A DNA stretch of 64,000 bases from an uncultured Clostridia bacterium (GTDB lineage Bacteria > Bacillota > Clostridia > TANB77 > CAG-508), in NCBI GenBank assembly GCA_944389225.1, contig CALXLP010000002.1:30658-94657 (forward strand). The letters run 5' to 3'. How positions within the stretch are numbered: position 1 is the stretch's first letter; every line of letters begins with the position of its first letter. This document shows positions 10,801 through 22,000 of the stretch, piece by piece. The notes beneath the pieces are model-generated. The model was given only the letters and a program-made list of their open reading frames with translations, searched no databases and was not told the DNA's origin. Both the position numbers and the translations under genes were made by a program.

Positions 10801-13286
10801 TCTGAACCATTTGTCCATGTTCCATCTTTTTGACTGTCTTTATCATTTTTAGGTACAATGTCTTCCCAAGCAAATCCTCTGATTTTAATATATTTTCTTC
10901 TGTTTTTATCTGTTATATTGCTTGTACTTTCTGTTCCTTGTTGTGCAGCTGATTCAGTAGTATCTGTAGATTTTTGTCTTACTACTTCAATTGTAGCTGA
11001 TGTTGATAGATTTACATTTGTTGTTGTTCCATTACTATTTGTTACTTCCCATGAAATAAAGTTTGGATCTACATCATAACCAAAATTATCTCCTACTGAT
11101 ATCTCCTCTACTACATAACTACCAATTAATATATTATATATTTGCGCTAATCCTTCTTTATCTGTTACAAAAATTGTTGCATCGTTTGCATTTGTTGTAG
11201 TTGTCATATTGTCAAAGTGTACTGTTCCTTCTGCTGTTGTAATTGGCGTTAAGTTTCCTGCTACACCACTTTGCATTCCTATGACATATTTACCGCTTTT
11301 TTCCTCTTTTAATCTAAATCTTACACCTTGTATTTTGGCATCATTATCTGCATCTTTCTTTTCAATTCTTAAGTTACCTGTTTGTTTTTCATTTTTTACT
11401 GTTCCTGTAACTGTATCAGAAGCAACTACTGTTGTTGTAACATTTTTTGGTAAAACAGTATATCCATAATTTGGATTGTTTATCTCAATAATTTCATAAT
11501 TACCAACATCTAATCCGTTTATGGTAATTTTTCCTGTTGTTGAATGTGTTACAAATATTGTTCCATCTGCTTCATTTTTTGTATATCCTTTTAATTGATC
11601 TGGAATATTATATTCTCCTTCTGCTGTTTTTTCTGCTATAACATAATATCCTGTATCTTTATTTTTTACTTTAAATTGTACATTACCTAATTTGGTATTG
11701 TAGTCATCTTGATCTACCTTTTCAATAGTTAAGTTTCCTATTTTTCTATAGTCTTTTAACATAATTTTTGTTGTTGCGTTGCTAGCTCCTTTAAGTGTTA
11801 CTGTAATTGGACCAGCTGTATTTCCATCTATTTTTAAATCCGTTGTAGTACCATTTCCTGCTTGACTAGTTGCACTGATAATTTCTGCATCATAATTCGT
11901 TTGGTCTGTATTAGATTCTTCTATATAATATTGATATTCGATAGATATATTATCAATGGTAACTGTTCCATTACTTGAAGTAAATATAGTTGTAGCTGTA
12001 TTAGCATTTGCTGCATATGAACTATTTCCTCCCATTGATACACTTGCTTGTCCACTAATTGTATCACTATCATTAATTCTTAGATATTTTTTTGTTGTTC
12101 CATCTAAATAGTATAATTTAAATCCAAAATCTCTAACATTTTCATAACTTTCATTACCTGCATATGCTCCTACTTTTTGTACTAACATTTTTCCTAAATT
12201 GTTTTTAGCTGTAAATGTAACACTATCACTTGATGGTGATGCTGAAGTTACATCTCCTCTAAATACTGCTGTAGCTTGTCCGCTAGTACCTCCCATGAAT
12301 ATCATTCTTGCTTTAACATATCCAGTTGATGTTGCACCTGTTAAAGGATTTGTTACTGTTCCTCCTCCAGCTGTCCCTCTTGTATTAATTGTTACTGATA
12401 TATTTACATTTGTTAAAACTGCTGTTGTTACGATATAGAATTTATTACCATTTTTAGGAATTCCTGAAATGGCACTTACTGTTCCACCTACTTTAGTTGC
12501 ATATCCTGCAACAGATGGTGTGCTATTTCCATCTTTTATACTAACACTTGATATACTACCTGCTGTTTTCATTGTAAATGGTCCTATATAACTATATGTA
12601 GTTCCATTACTTGAAGCTGATACCATAACTTCTGCTCCACTGTCACTTTCACCTGAAATAGTTGCACTTGAACCAGTCGTTTCCGTATTTGCATATGTTT
12701 CTGCATATTTCAAAATAGTTGCACCATTTTGTTTTGCTGTATCAACATAATCACTTGTTCTTTTTTTACTAAAATCCCCTATTAAATATTCTAGGTTTGT
12801 ACTATTAAAGAATGCATATAAAGCATTTTTTGATGGACTTGCTCCTGAATCTCCTACTAGTCCGGCACTAGAATCTACTGAAGCTGCATAAATTAAATAC
12901 GCTAGTTTTTTAATATTTTTATCATCACCGTAATCCTTATTACTTACAGCTGATTTTCCTTCAATTTGTACTGAATATTTTCCTAAAGCAGACACATTGA
13001 TATCTAAGATACATTTTACTTTATGTCCACTACCAAATCCACTAAGTGTTTTATGGCTAAAACAGATCCAGTTTTTGCTATTTGCTGAATTTTCCATACC
13101 AGTTTCATCTACAACATCACCTATATGAATATCATTCCAAAAAAGGCTACCATTACTTGATGCAGATGAAGATAATTCTTGTCCAGTTACTCCTGAAACT
13201 TTATATATAAATATTCCCATTAAAATGATTGCTATAATAGAAATAATAACACTGATTTCTGTTTTTATTCTCATTTTCATCTTCAA
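7881..13286 (-). CDS. Giant surface protein, type B copy 1 (1801 aa): degenerate thioester-like N-domain, Cna-B/SpaA-type and SdrD-B-like domains, C-terminal TPPTGE motif with TM and KKK tail
   Basis: N-terminal signal/anchor. GNLTIEKVDQDDYNTKLGNVQFKV and GNLRIEKKDADNDAKIQGVRFRL are Cna-B-type repeats, and RGFAWEDI...VTVRLIDKDGN...DANGEYVF is SdrD-B-like. The C-terminal ~900 aa are paralogous to 19031..23008. Confidence 0.8.
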   Translation of the reverse strand: MKMKMRIKTEISVIISIIAIILMGIFIYKVSGVTGQELSSSASSNGSLFWNDIHIGDVVDETGMENSANSKNWICFSHKTLSGFGSGHKVKCILDINVSALGKYSVQIEGKSAVSNKDYGDDKNIKKLAYLIYAASVDSSAGLVGDSGASPSKNALYAFFNSTNLEYLIGDFSKKRTSDYVDTAKQNGATILKYAETYANTETTGSSATISGESDSGAEVMVSASSNGTTYSYIGPFTMKTAGSISSVSIKDGNSTPSVAGYATKVGGTVSAISGIPKNGNKFYIVTTAVLTNVNISVTINTRGTAGGGTVTNPLTGATSTGYVKARMIFMGGTSGQATAVFRGDVTSASPSSDSVTFTAKNNLGKMLVQKVGAYAGNESYENVRDFGFKLYYLDGTTKKYLRINDSDTISGQASVSMGGNSSYAANANTATTIFTSSNGTVTIDNISIEYQYYIEESNTDQTNYDAEIISATSQAGNGTTTDLKIDGNTAGPITVTLKGASNATTKIMLKDYRKIGNLTIEKVDQDDYNTKLGNVQFKVKNKDTGYYVIAEKTAEGEYNIPDQLKGYTKNEADGTIFVTHSTTGKITINGLDVGNYEIIEINNPNYGYTVLPKNVTTTVVASDTVTGTVKNEKQTGNLRIEKKDADNDAKIQGVRFRLKEEKSGKYVIGMQSGVAGNLTPITTAEGTVHFDNMTTTTNANDATIFVTDKEGLAQIYNILIGSYVVEEISVGDNFGYDVDPNFISWEVTNSNGTTTNVNLSTSATIEVVRQKSTDTTESAAQQGTESTSNITDKNRRKYIKIRGFAWEDIVPKNDKDSQKDGTWTNGSDDKRLANVTVRLIDKDGNLMDKAITDANGEYVFGNYDEDSNAIKLEIDKLAGAYIEFEYNGMSYQSIAVNPEFNPNTETTSNGNTITKYSGSRNTATDEALRDEFNNNYATISQGAAANTNGNKTYDIRYNYDAENHESHVIYGDNVKYGYDGQRYPISGTYEQYTLQAVTAKDETNTYALCTGLTPENIRQNAVVEIGGLNLGVEERQMPDLFVLQDMQDVQITFNDYTHTYHYAQRFEDPANYIGENVINGDNTLNVAVRFANKYIDNSYSREVYSADIVYNKQEGNEGKLKIFVTYKIQLTNESSSLFTNLKTLTNYYDARYENVVVRDENGNIIESQVDDSYNQNGLKKVNIQTNYQIPDGQTRELTITYQLNNDAINSILNQDVTLDSITEVSSYSTYSDSNYSVPYAGIDVDSAPDTVEPKVVDGKVNITDTIEDDTDKAPSLILSVKEGRIVQGTVWEDSAIEELLAQTGYNKERKGNGIYESTENVVNDVKVELMTVTDTGYELAELYQWNSSTLEESTARAETTTNGQGTYEFSGVIPSKYVLRYTYGDNSVIVDSNGNTVKNVDIDNYKSTIYRGGNKEAADAMTDYWYRGETSNVEGVQRLSDAKDTLGIMSDGTIIDNIIQNRNAEEDINYATAVTSGGLTEISADTRMFDIKLDYDINLDNFSTYADSVNGQLKFIFDNIDFGIIERPRQSLIVDKQVANIQIVLPNGNDLINGDPRSQNLSGVRVLDDDVYIEIDNEIIQGSTLRITYEISVDNSNCEIDYNNDDYYIYGTVPTGNADWEIATVVDMFDYLPEDLVLQSTDGNNWERIDITEDMKDQLLAGVIYDEVKGRQNIIHLANPIFENMTPGSEAVDTSMVVSKQLSTSTDDMTYENDIEIVKLKGRKTYDSIPGNYNPTTNESYDPYTDTYTEDELDDDEVEVTITPPTGESRAYWIYGIIGISVLIIMGVGIVIIKKKVLKN

Positions 13287-13302
13287 CTTTCCCCTCCTTT
13301 CC

Positions 13303-16300
13303 TTAAAAATCTATATTATCTTTTTTTAATACTTTTTTATTAATAACAAATACACTGATACCTGTTAAAGCTAATATTGTAAATATAATAGATATAAATA
13401 TAATTGCTCTACCAGTTCCTACACTGACAATAACTTCTGCTCTACCATAATCATCTTCAGATGCATTGTTATTTCCTGGTGTTGAATCCACATCACTTAA
13501 ATCTAATGTATTTGATGCTTCTCCAATTTCTGCTATATTAATAACTGTTCCAGTATTATTATTATTCATTGTTTTTACTAAAACTAAGTCTACTGTTTGC
13601 GTTTGTCCTGGTGCTATTGCAGTATTTGATAAACTATTATTTTGTAGATTAGAATTTGCTTGATACCAATCTGCATTTAATTCTGAATTGAATGTTAAAT
13701 CAGATGGGATATAGTCAACAATATTTTGAACATATCCAGCAACTTCTCCTACATTTGTAATTTTAATTGTATATTTTATAATAACTGTTGCATTATTTAA
13801 TTCTCTTGATGGTATTTCTACTTTTACCAAAGTTTGATCATTATATCCATATTGTGTTGTACTATTATTTGTTTGTACAATAACTTCACTTACATATTTA
13901 TCTAATTCTAAATCAAATGTTGAAGCTTCTGTTAGTCCAATATCTATATTGCTTATATTTCCTGAATTTACATTAATAACATCAGTTGCTCCCACAGTAC
14001 TGTTTGTTCCATCTATTGTTATATTTCTACTAATAACATCTGAGTTTTGGTCTTCTGATACACCTTCTTTTCTATATTCTGTAAGATTATATCTTTCTGT
14101 ATCATATGAAAATACTAATATATAGTTTCCATTTCCCACAGTTATTTGATATTGTCCATTTGCTGAAGTTGTAGCATTAATGTTGTCTACATATGTTCCT
14201 TTATCAGCATCTACAACTCTGATTCCTACTCCTGATAATACCGTTTCTGAAGAATCTCTTCTTCCATCTCTGTTACTATCTATCCATGCTGTACCACTAA
14301 TTGTATATTGTTCACTTTCACCTGGGTTGTTTGGATTATTAGGATCGTCTGGATTATTTGGATTATCTGGATTATCTGGATCTTCCGGATTATCTGGGTT
14401 TGGATTATCTGGATCTGTTGGTGCTTCTTCTGAAACAACTTTATAAGTAATGTCATTTGAAGTAACATCGCCAACAACTGTTGAAACAGTTAAATTATTA
14501 ACTAAATCTGTATTGGTTAATTGTGCAATATCTGCATATGCTTTTATCTCTAATGTTGAAGTTGAATTTGCAGCCATTCTATGTCCTTCAATATATACAT
14601 CTCCTACTTCTAACTGTTCTCCATCAAATGTTACAGATTCTACTGTAATTCCTTTTGGAATATAATCATATATCGTTGTTACAATTTCATAATCTCTTGT
14701 ATTTTTTATTTCAAATGTATATGTAATTTCTTGTCCATTCTCTAATACTGTATTATTTTCTGGATTTCCTGTTTGTGTAACTTCAACCCAACCTTCATTT
14801 TCTTCTTCTGATAGTAATGTCATTTGATAATCTTTACTTACTTGCATACTACCATTCCAGATATATTCATAAACTTGGCTTTCCTCATCCAATTCTCCAT
14901 ATGTAACATCAATTGTATTTGTGATTGTTTTTTCTGTTATATATTCTGCATCAACTTCTATTGTCAATTTAATTTCTAGACTAGTTCCTGCAGATACATT
15001 GATTCCTCCCGTAAGAATATTATCATATATTTTAAATTCATTCGTTGCTTCTCCTTTTTCGCTAACAACTGGAATTTCTGTTTCTTCTCCTTGATACACA
15101 ACTTTTCCACCTTTAGCTGTAAATCCATCTGGAAGACTATCTGAAAATTTAAAATATAAATCTTGTGCTTCATTATTTTCTACTCTTGTCGTAATTTCGA
15201 AAACATCTTCATCTTTTAATCCTGCATTTTCATCAATATTAGCAATTTGTTCTACTGATACATTTCTTTGTGTATTTAATATTTTTAATGTAGACATATT
15301 TGATACATATGCATTCTGTCCTTCTAGTTGATACATAAATGTATAATCTTTTTCTGTTCCTTCAAAACTATCAATTTGAAGATATAATTCTAATGTTGTC
15401 ATTTCTTCAGCTTCCATGCTAGAAATCTCAAATGTAAGTGTATTATTTTCTTGATCATATGAACGATTAACTACTTTATCTTCAGTAATATTTACATATT
15501 CTCCTCCTACTGTTGTTTCACTCCATATCAAGTCTGAAGCATCATTTACATGCACACCATCTGGTAATTGTATTGTTCCTTTTACATTTTTTAAATTATT
15601 TCCAGATATATTTTCTATTTTTAAATTCATATGTATACTTCTTCCTATGTATAGCTGTTCTTCTTGATAAAAAGGATTTTCCATAATTGCTTTAATTTCA
15701 GCTTGTTTTATAGGATTTGATATTGTGTTGATTGTTGTTCCTTCTACTCCATCTGCTTGTATATTGATACTTCCACTTGTTTGTGCTGACTCATCATCTG
15801 TTTCTGAAGTAATACTATTATATTGTAAAATGACACTTTCTCCGTTTGCTAAAGTATCTATTGTATCGAATGTCTTTTCATTTGTATCTAATTCATCATA
15901 TCTATGATACATTCCCATTGTTTCTTCACCAGCATTAGGATCAAATGCTTCTTCTTCAATTAAATCATAAAGATGTCCATTTGTTTGTGTTGCTTTTACA
16001 TTTACATTGTGTAAATCACTTCCTGTATTATTTGTTATTTGCATTGTATAAGTAATCATTTGACCTTCATATACAGGTGTTCCTTCTTCTAGTTCACTTC
16101 CACCAGATACAGCAGATATAGCAATTCCTAATCCATCTTGTTCTGTTTGCATTGTACTTGCTAGTGCTAAAATATTATTTGTAATGACATTTTCTGATTT
16201 AGCTCCTATTGTAGAAGTTTGTGTATTGACATTTCCTAAATAAGTATATGTCGTATTTATTTGTGCATATATACTTTGTCCATATCCTACGTTTTCTGGT

Positions 16301-18726
16301 ATTGTCACTTCATATTGAATAGCAATGGCTTGTCCTGCTGCCATACTATCTAGTCTTATCATATATGAAGCAGCATTTGTATAATCTGTACTCCATGAAT
16401 CATCATCTTGTGTTGCTGACGCATTTGCTGAATATAGAATCTCTACACCACTAAGATTTGTACGAATTCCATTAACTAATGTTGTATCTACTGTTCCATC
16501 ATGTACACCCTTTTTAGGTATTCTTCCAATAATAACGGCATCTTTTACTTCTATATCATAGTTATTAATAATTGCTGTATTTACTCTCGCTGTCATAGCT
16601 CCACTTTCAACTTCCAATACGCCCATTGGAATATTATCATCTATTGTATAGATTGAATCTCCTGCTGTATTAAATCCTGATAAATTATTATAAATCATCA
16701 TACCTGGTTTAGATTGTATATTAATATCTACAGCTGTTTGATAACTTCCTTCATTTCCATTTTCATTTGTATATGTCATTGAAACACTAGATGTTTGACT
16801 AGCTGTTAATACACTAAATTCTATATTAGCATTAATTACAATTGCTAATTCATTAATTTCATTTGAATAGTCACTTTGTTCTCCTGACAAGGCAATTTGA
16901 ATAATTTTTTCACCATTATCTCCAGCTCTTAATCTAGCATATTCTATATTAAATTCATCTGCATATACTTTATTTACTGAATTTACATATATATTAGATA
17001 TACTACTTGGTAAAGTTAATTCAATAACTGGGTTTTTAAATAAATCATATTTTTCAGATGCTGTTTTAAATGTAATTGTAAATTGTACATTTTCATTCAT
17101 TTGTAATGTTGATAAATTTGTATTACTAATTTCTAGTTTTGCTTCTGTTGTTGTATCTAATAAATTAATTCCAGTTTCCATAGTATCTGTTCCCAAATTA
17201 GTTGTCACAACTTCATTTGTATTTAATTTTGTAAATGCTTTCAATTGATTTCTGCTATATCCTGTATTTCCTTGTACAGATTTTACATTATGAATTGTAA
17301 ATTGTCCCTCTTCTATTGGTTTTGAAGTTTCAAATGTAATTCCTGTTACATCTTGTCCATAAGTAATATGAATATTTCCATTTTCATCTGTTTCTGATTG
17401 ATTATTAATTGTATTAATGATATTTCCATTCATATCTTTTACATTGATATATCCATTTTCACCAAATAATGCTATAAAACGATTTTTATTAATTAATGTT
17501 TCTTTATATAATACTATAGCATTTGCATCATATGGGTTTTCTCCACCATCTACAAAATATGAATTACTTGTACTTGCATTGATACTATCAATAACTTCTG
17601 CATTTGATATTTCAATCACATTATTCTCTCTATATGTGGTTTCATTTGCAGAATTTGCATATAAATATCCTTTATATACTTCTGGTGTTGCACTTTTTTT
17701 ACTACTTACAACATTTCCCTTAAATTCTAATCCTGTTTGTTGTTCGTCTGTTTTTACACTATTTTCTTTTGTAAATAATTTACTATTCATTTCTGTATGT
17801 AATGTAATATTGTTTAAGTTATCTCTTACAGATTGGTCATAAATATATATAATCTTGTATTCATCTTCACTACTATCCCATGAAGTATTTCCTTCACCAT
17901 CTACAACGATTTCTTTTGTTACATTTAATTGTCCATTTTCTGCATTATATTGTACATTACTTGCATTTAATTTTATTCCATTTGATAATACATCAACAGT
18001 TGTTGGTAAAACATCTCCTATTCTTGGAACAGTTATTGTAAATTGTTCTGTTTCTCTTGGTAAATTTCCATTGTCAACAGTTGTTGCAATTTGTTGTTGA
18101 ATCAATATACCATTTTCTCCTAGGTCAATACATTTTTCTATCGTTTGAGACATATTCACTTCTGCATTATCTGTCCAATCTAATCTAGTTACGATATCAC
18201 CTTGTACTGCTTCCTCATCCTCTTCCTCTTTATATGTTCCTTCAAGTGTGATATTAGTTTCCTTTGAGAAATAGTCTGCATTAATATTATCTACTTTATT
18301 AAATTCAATTGGGATTTCAATTTCTACATTATTATTATAAATAATAGAATTTAATTCAATTTCATTTGTATCCAAATTTATATTTTTTACATATGCATTT
18401 GAATTATTACTATCTTTTATTTTAAAATTAGAATCATTTATGGTAATCTTTGCATTATCCACACTACCTTTTTCTAATACATTTACATTGATATATAAAT
18501 ATACTTGTTCATCACTAATATTCGCTTGTCGATAATGTGTCGCCTGATTATCTACCTTAAAATATGCATCAAATTGAACATCAGCAATATTTGTACTATT
18601 TCCTTGTGTTTCTAATTCATTTGCCAATGCAATTACAATGTGATAGCCTAAAAATAGCACATTGATTGATGTAAGTGCTATAATTAATGCAATTACTGTT
18701 ATTAATTTTAAAACTTTTTCTTTCAT
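13303..18726 (-). CDS. Giant surface protein, type A copy 1 (1807 aa): DUF11-like repeats, PDNPN linker, SdrD-B-like domain, C-terminal VSVGTGR motif with TM and basic tail
   Basis: N-terminal signal anchor. ISGTAWIDSNRDGRRDSSE...VRVVDADKG...SANGQYQI is SdrD-B-like, and VIIKYTIKITNVGEVAGYVQNIVDYIPSDL is a DUF11-type repeat. It is a paralogue of 23029..27960. Confidence 0.8.
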   Translation of the reverse strand: MKEKVLKLITVIALIIALTSINVLFLGYHIVIALANELETQGNSTNIADVQFDAYFKVDNQATHYRQANISDEQVYLYINVNVLEKGSVDNAKITINDSNFKIKDSNNSNAYVKNINLDTNEIELNSIIYNNNVEIEIPIEFNKVDNINADYFSKETNITLEGTYKEEEDEEAVQGDIVTRLDWTDNAEVNMSQTIEKCIDLGENGILIQQQIATTVDNGNLPRETEQFTITVPRIGDVLPTTVDVLSNGIKLNASNVQYNAENGQLNVTKEIVVDGEGNTSWDSSEDEYKIIYIYDQSVRDNLNNITLHTEMNSKLFTKENSVKTDEQQTGLEFKGNVVSSKKSATPEVYKGYLYANSANETTYRENNVIEISNAEVIDSINASTSNSYFVDGGENPYDANAIVLYKETLINKNRFIALFGENGYINVKDMNGNIINTINNQSETDENGNIHITYGQDVTGITFETSKPIEEGQFTIHNVKSVQGNTGYSRNQLKAFTKLNTNEVVTTNLGTDTMETGINLLDTTTEAKLEISNTNLSTLQMNENVQFTITFKTASEKYDLFKNPVIELTLPSSISNIYVNSVNKVYADEFNIEYARLRAGDNGEKIIQIALSGEQSDYSNEINELAIVINANIEFSVLTASQTSSVSMTYTNENGNEGSYQTAVDINIQSKPGMMIYNNLSGFNTAGDSIYTIDDNIPMGVLEVESGAMTARVNTAIINNYDIEVKDAVIIGRIPKKGVHDGTVDTTLVNGIRTNLSGVEILYSANASATQDDDSWSTDYTNAASYMIRLDSMAAGQAIAIQYEVTIPENVGYGQSIYAQINTTYTYLGNVNTQTSTIGAKSENVITNNILALASTMQTEQDGLGIAISAVSGGSELEEGTPVYEGQMITYTMQITNNTGSDLHNVNVKATQTNGHLYDLIEEEAFDPNAGEETMGMYHRYDELDTNEKTFDTIDTLANGESVILQYNSITSETDDESAQTSGSINIQADGVEGTTINTISNPIKQAEIKAIMENPFYQEEQLYIGRSIHMNLKIENISGNNLKNVKGTIQLPDGVHVNDASDLIWSETTVGGEYVNITEDKVVNRSYDQENNTLTFEISSMEAEEMTTLELYLQIDSFEGTEKDYTFMYQLEGQNAYVSNMSTLKILNTQRNVSVEQIANIDENAGLKDEDVFEITTRVENNEAQDLYFKFSDSLPDGFTAKGGKVVYQGEETEIPVVSEKGEATNEFKIYDNILTGGINVSAGTSLEIKLTIEVDAEYITEKTITNTIDVTYGELDEESQVYEYIWNGSMQVSKDYQMTLLSEEENEGWVEVTQTGNPENNTVLENGQEITYTFEIKNTRDYEIVTTIYDYIPKGITVESVTFDGEQLEVGDVYIEGHRMAANSTSTLEIKAYADIAQLTNTDLVNNLTVSTVVGDVTSNDITYKVVSEEAPTDPDNPNPDNPEDPDNPDNPNNPDDPNNPNNPGESEQYTISGTAWIDSNRDGRRDSSETVLSGVGIRVVDADKGTYVDNINATTSANGQYQITVGNGNYILVFSYDTERYNLTEYRKEGVSEDQNSDVISRNITIDGTNSTVGATDVINVNSGNISNIDIGLTEASTFDLELDKYVSEVIVQTNNSTTQYGYNDQTLVKVEIPSRELNNATVIIKYTIKITNVGEVAGYVQNIVDYIPSDLTFNSELNADWYQANSNLQNNSLSNTAIAPGQTQTVDLVLVKTMNNNNTGTVINIAEIGEASNTLDLSDVDSTPGNNNASEDDYGRAEVIVSVGTGRAIIFISIIFTILALTGISVFVINKKVLKKDNIDF

Positions 18727-18980
18727 AAAAACCCCTCACATATTCAAATAACATTCTTATCTTATATTAGCTTTTACGAATTTAAAAATCAATATTAATT
18801 TTTTCCAGTTACTTTTTTATTACAAAAAAAATCCTGAAACTCTTTACGGATAATGGTTTCTTTGTATTTCTATAATCCTCTTTTAAAATTTGTTTACATT
18901 TTTATGACATTTTTTTATTTTTAACAACAAAAAATCCCTCTTTTCCTTATTTGCGTAAATTTTTTTCTTTTTTATCAATA

Positions 18981-19020
18981 AAAAATATGAGACTGGAAGT
19001 TTTTCCAATCTCATATTTTT
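18981..19020 (-). terminator. Rho-independent terminator after the 1325-aa gene, separating the two module copies
   Basis: A 12-bp stem, atatgagattgg / ccagtctcatat on the minus strand (one mismatch, a G-U pair in the RNA), is followed by a T run. It lies about 10 nt after the stop codon at 19031. Confidence 0.75.
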
Positions 19021-19030
19021 AATCTATTTG

Positions 19031-22000
19031 TTATTTATTTAAGACTTTCTTTTTAATAACAATGATTCCTACTCCTATAATAGCAAATGCAATTATTCCA
19101 ACAGTCAATGGTATGATGTAATTTAAGTTTTCACCAGTGTTTGGTGTTACAATGACAACTTCTGCCATATCATCATCACGTTCTATTGCTGGTCCTGTAC
19201 CTGGTACATAGTTACCTGGTGTTGAAGTGATATCTGATCCTCCTGGTTTATTAACTTTAACAATTTCTGTTTCATTTCCTAGTTCAATATTTTCTGATGA
19301 TGTTAATAATTTAGATACATTCAACATAACCGTTGCACTCTCAGTTGGTTGTAAATTATATGTTGCTAATGCTTCTGTATAGAACAATTTAGCATCATCA
19401 ATTGATGTTGAATTTGTTACATCTTCTGCCAATTCAATTCTGCTATCATCTTTTTGTATTGCTTCCCAATCTGGGTTACTTGCTGCATCAAAGTCCCAAT
19501 CACTATCTAGATAATCTATAATTGCTGATGGTGTGATTGTTACAACATTACCTTCTATAATACCATATTTATAATAGTTTTCTGACATATAATCTAATTC
19601 GCTATTATTTGTTGCTTTAATCTCATATCCAATTTCCAATCTTGAACCTTGGATTAATTCACTATCTAATTCAAGTCTTACCATTCCATTTGATGGTGTC
19701 GCACTTGGTGATGGTGGTAAATAAATAACATTTCCTGTTTGTCCTTCTAACTGTCCATCCTCTGTTATTTGTAAATCTACCAATGGTTGACCATTTGGTA
19801 ATGTAAGTTTCATTGTACTAACTCTCTTATTTAATGTTATATCTTGTCTTGCTCTTTCTACAATACCAAAATCAACATTTTCAATTCTATATACATATCT
19901 ATCTCCATAAGATGCTGTATATGTTGTTTCATATTCTACTCCAATTCCCATTGTTGGTGTTGTAGAATCCATCTTATCAATTGTCGTTTGTGTTGCATTT
20001 GTAATTTCATTTAATTCTGCATCAATCGCTAATCTTGTATCATAATCATCTACTGCATCTGTCCATCTTGTTTCTACATCTGTTTTATACCATTCTTTAT
20101 TTGCAACATTTGCATCATATCTTTCTTTTCCATATACAGTTCCTTTATAATTTTGTACTGTGTATGTTTCATCTCCCCAAGTATAGGTTAATGTATAATC
20201 TCCTGGTATGAAATCTGAGATATAGAAATCTCCATTATCATCTGTTGTAGCTGTATATACTAATCCTGTTCCTGTGTTTTCTGTGAGTGTTACTTCTACA
20301 CCTGGTATTCCAGTTTCTCCTTCCTCATATTGTCCACTACCTTGTCTGATTTGGCCTGTTAATAATTCTCCTGAAGTAGAATCTAAGAATACTTTACCTG
20401 TCATTTCTCTTGCATCTGCTACTTCTAATTTCAAAGATGGGCTTGAATCTGTATCATCTTCATATGTTGAAAGATCATTTGGTACTGCATTTCCTGGGTT
20501 AGAATCAACATCTACACCAGCATATATACTTCCATTTCCGTCAAATGTTGAATATGAATTAATCTCTACAACATTATCTAATGTTTCTCCATCATTTAAA
20601 ATTTCTAATACAGCTTCTCTACTTAATTCAAATTGTACATAGAATTCATTTGTTTTTCCAGATTCTATTCTTGAATTTGTGTAAATAATTGCTTTTGAAT
20701 ATTCATCATTATATGTTTCTTGATCATATTCAATGTTTCCGGTAATGATACCTTCTTCATTAATTCCTGTACCTGCTGCTACAATTGTATATCTACTATC
20801 AAAGTAGTCTACTAAGTTGTTTACTTGTGTAATTAAACTACTTGATTCATTCATTACACCAATTCTATAGGTTACATATACTTTTAATTCTCTACTGCTA
20901 TCTTCTTCATTTACATATTCATAATCTGCTTTATAGATTGCTCTTGTATATGAATCATCTACATATTCACTAGCAAATTTAACACCAACATTAAATGCTG
21001 TATCACTATAATCTCCATCGGCTTCTTGTGCTTCTAAGTTTGCAAATCTTTGTGCATATTCATAAATATGTTGATATCCATTAATTGCAAGTCTTACATT
21101 TTGCATATCTTTAATTAATGCTAAGTCTGGTTGTTCTCTTTCATATAAACCTAAATTGATATATGGGATTTCTTCCATTCCATATTCAAATTGATCTTTT
21201 ATCATATAGTCTGTTTCATCTGTATTTGCTGTTATTGGATATTGTCCAACTGGTAAACCTTCATTAATTAAAGTTGATCTATGTTGTTCTGCATCTTTGT
21301 TATAACTTAATTCATGTGCTACATTTCCATTTTCATCTAACGCAACACCTGTTGTTTCAGAAGTTCCTTCAATACTACTAAATGTTTTATTGAATTCATC
21401 TCTAACTTCTGGATTTTCTGCTGCTTTTGAACCATTTGGTAAATTGTTTCCATTTTCATCATATAAATGTGGTGTTACATTTGAATAGGTTAATCCGTCA
21501 TATTCAAATTCTATATAGTAGTTATCTAAATCATCAATTCTAACATCTACAAATTGATAATATCTGATAATACTATCTCCTAAATCAATCTCTTTGGTTA
21601 ATGCATAGAAGTCTTCTCCATTATCATTTTTAACAACTTCACCTGTTCTTCTATCAATTAACCTTACAATAACGCCTTCTAATAATTCATCTGCATCATC
21701 ATTTAAATCATCTCTATATAAGCTATTTCTTAATGATTGTTTTCCTGATTGCTTATCTAACCATACATATCCAGAAAGTTTAACATAGATTTGTTTATTT
21801 TCTATTACGAAATCTTGTGTTTTATCTACAACAACTGTTCCTTCTACACCCTCTGATATAAATTCATAACCGTAATTTGGGTTTTGTGTTTCATATGCTA
21901 CATAAGTTCCTACAATTAAGTTTTCAATCAAAATTTCTCCATTTTGATCTGTTACAAATTCTGTTGCTTGACTCTCATTTACATATGTTATGGTTCCATT

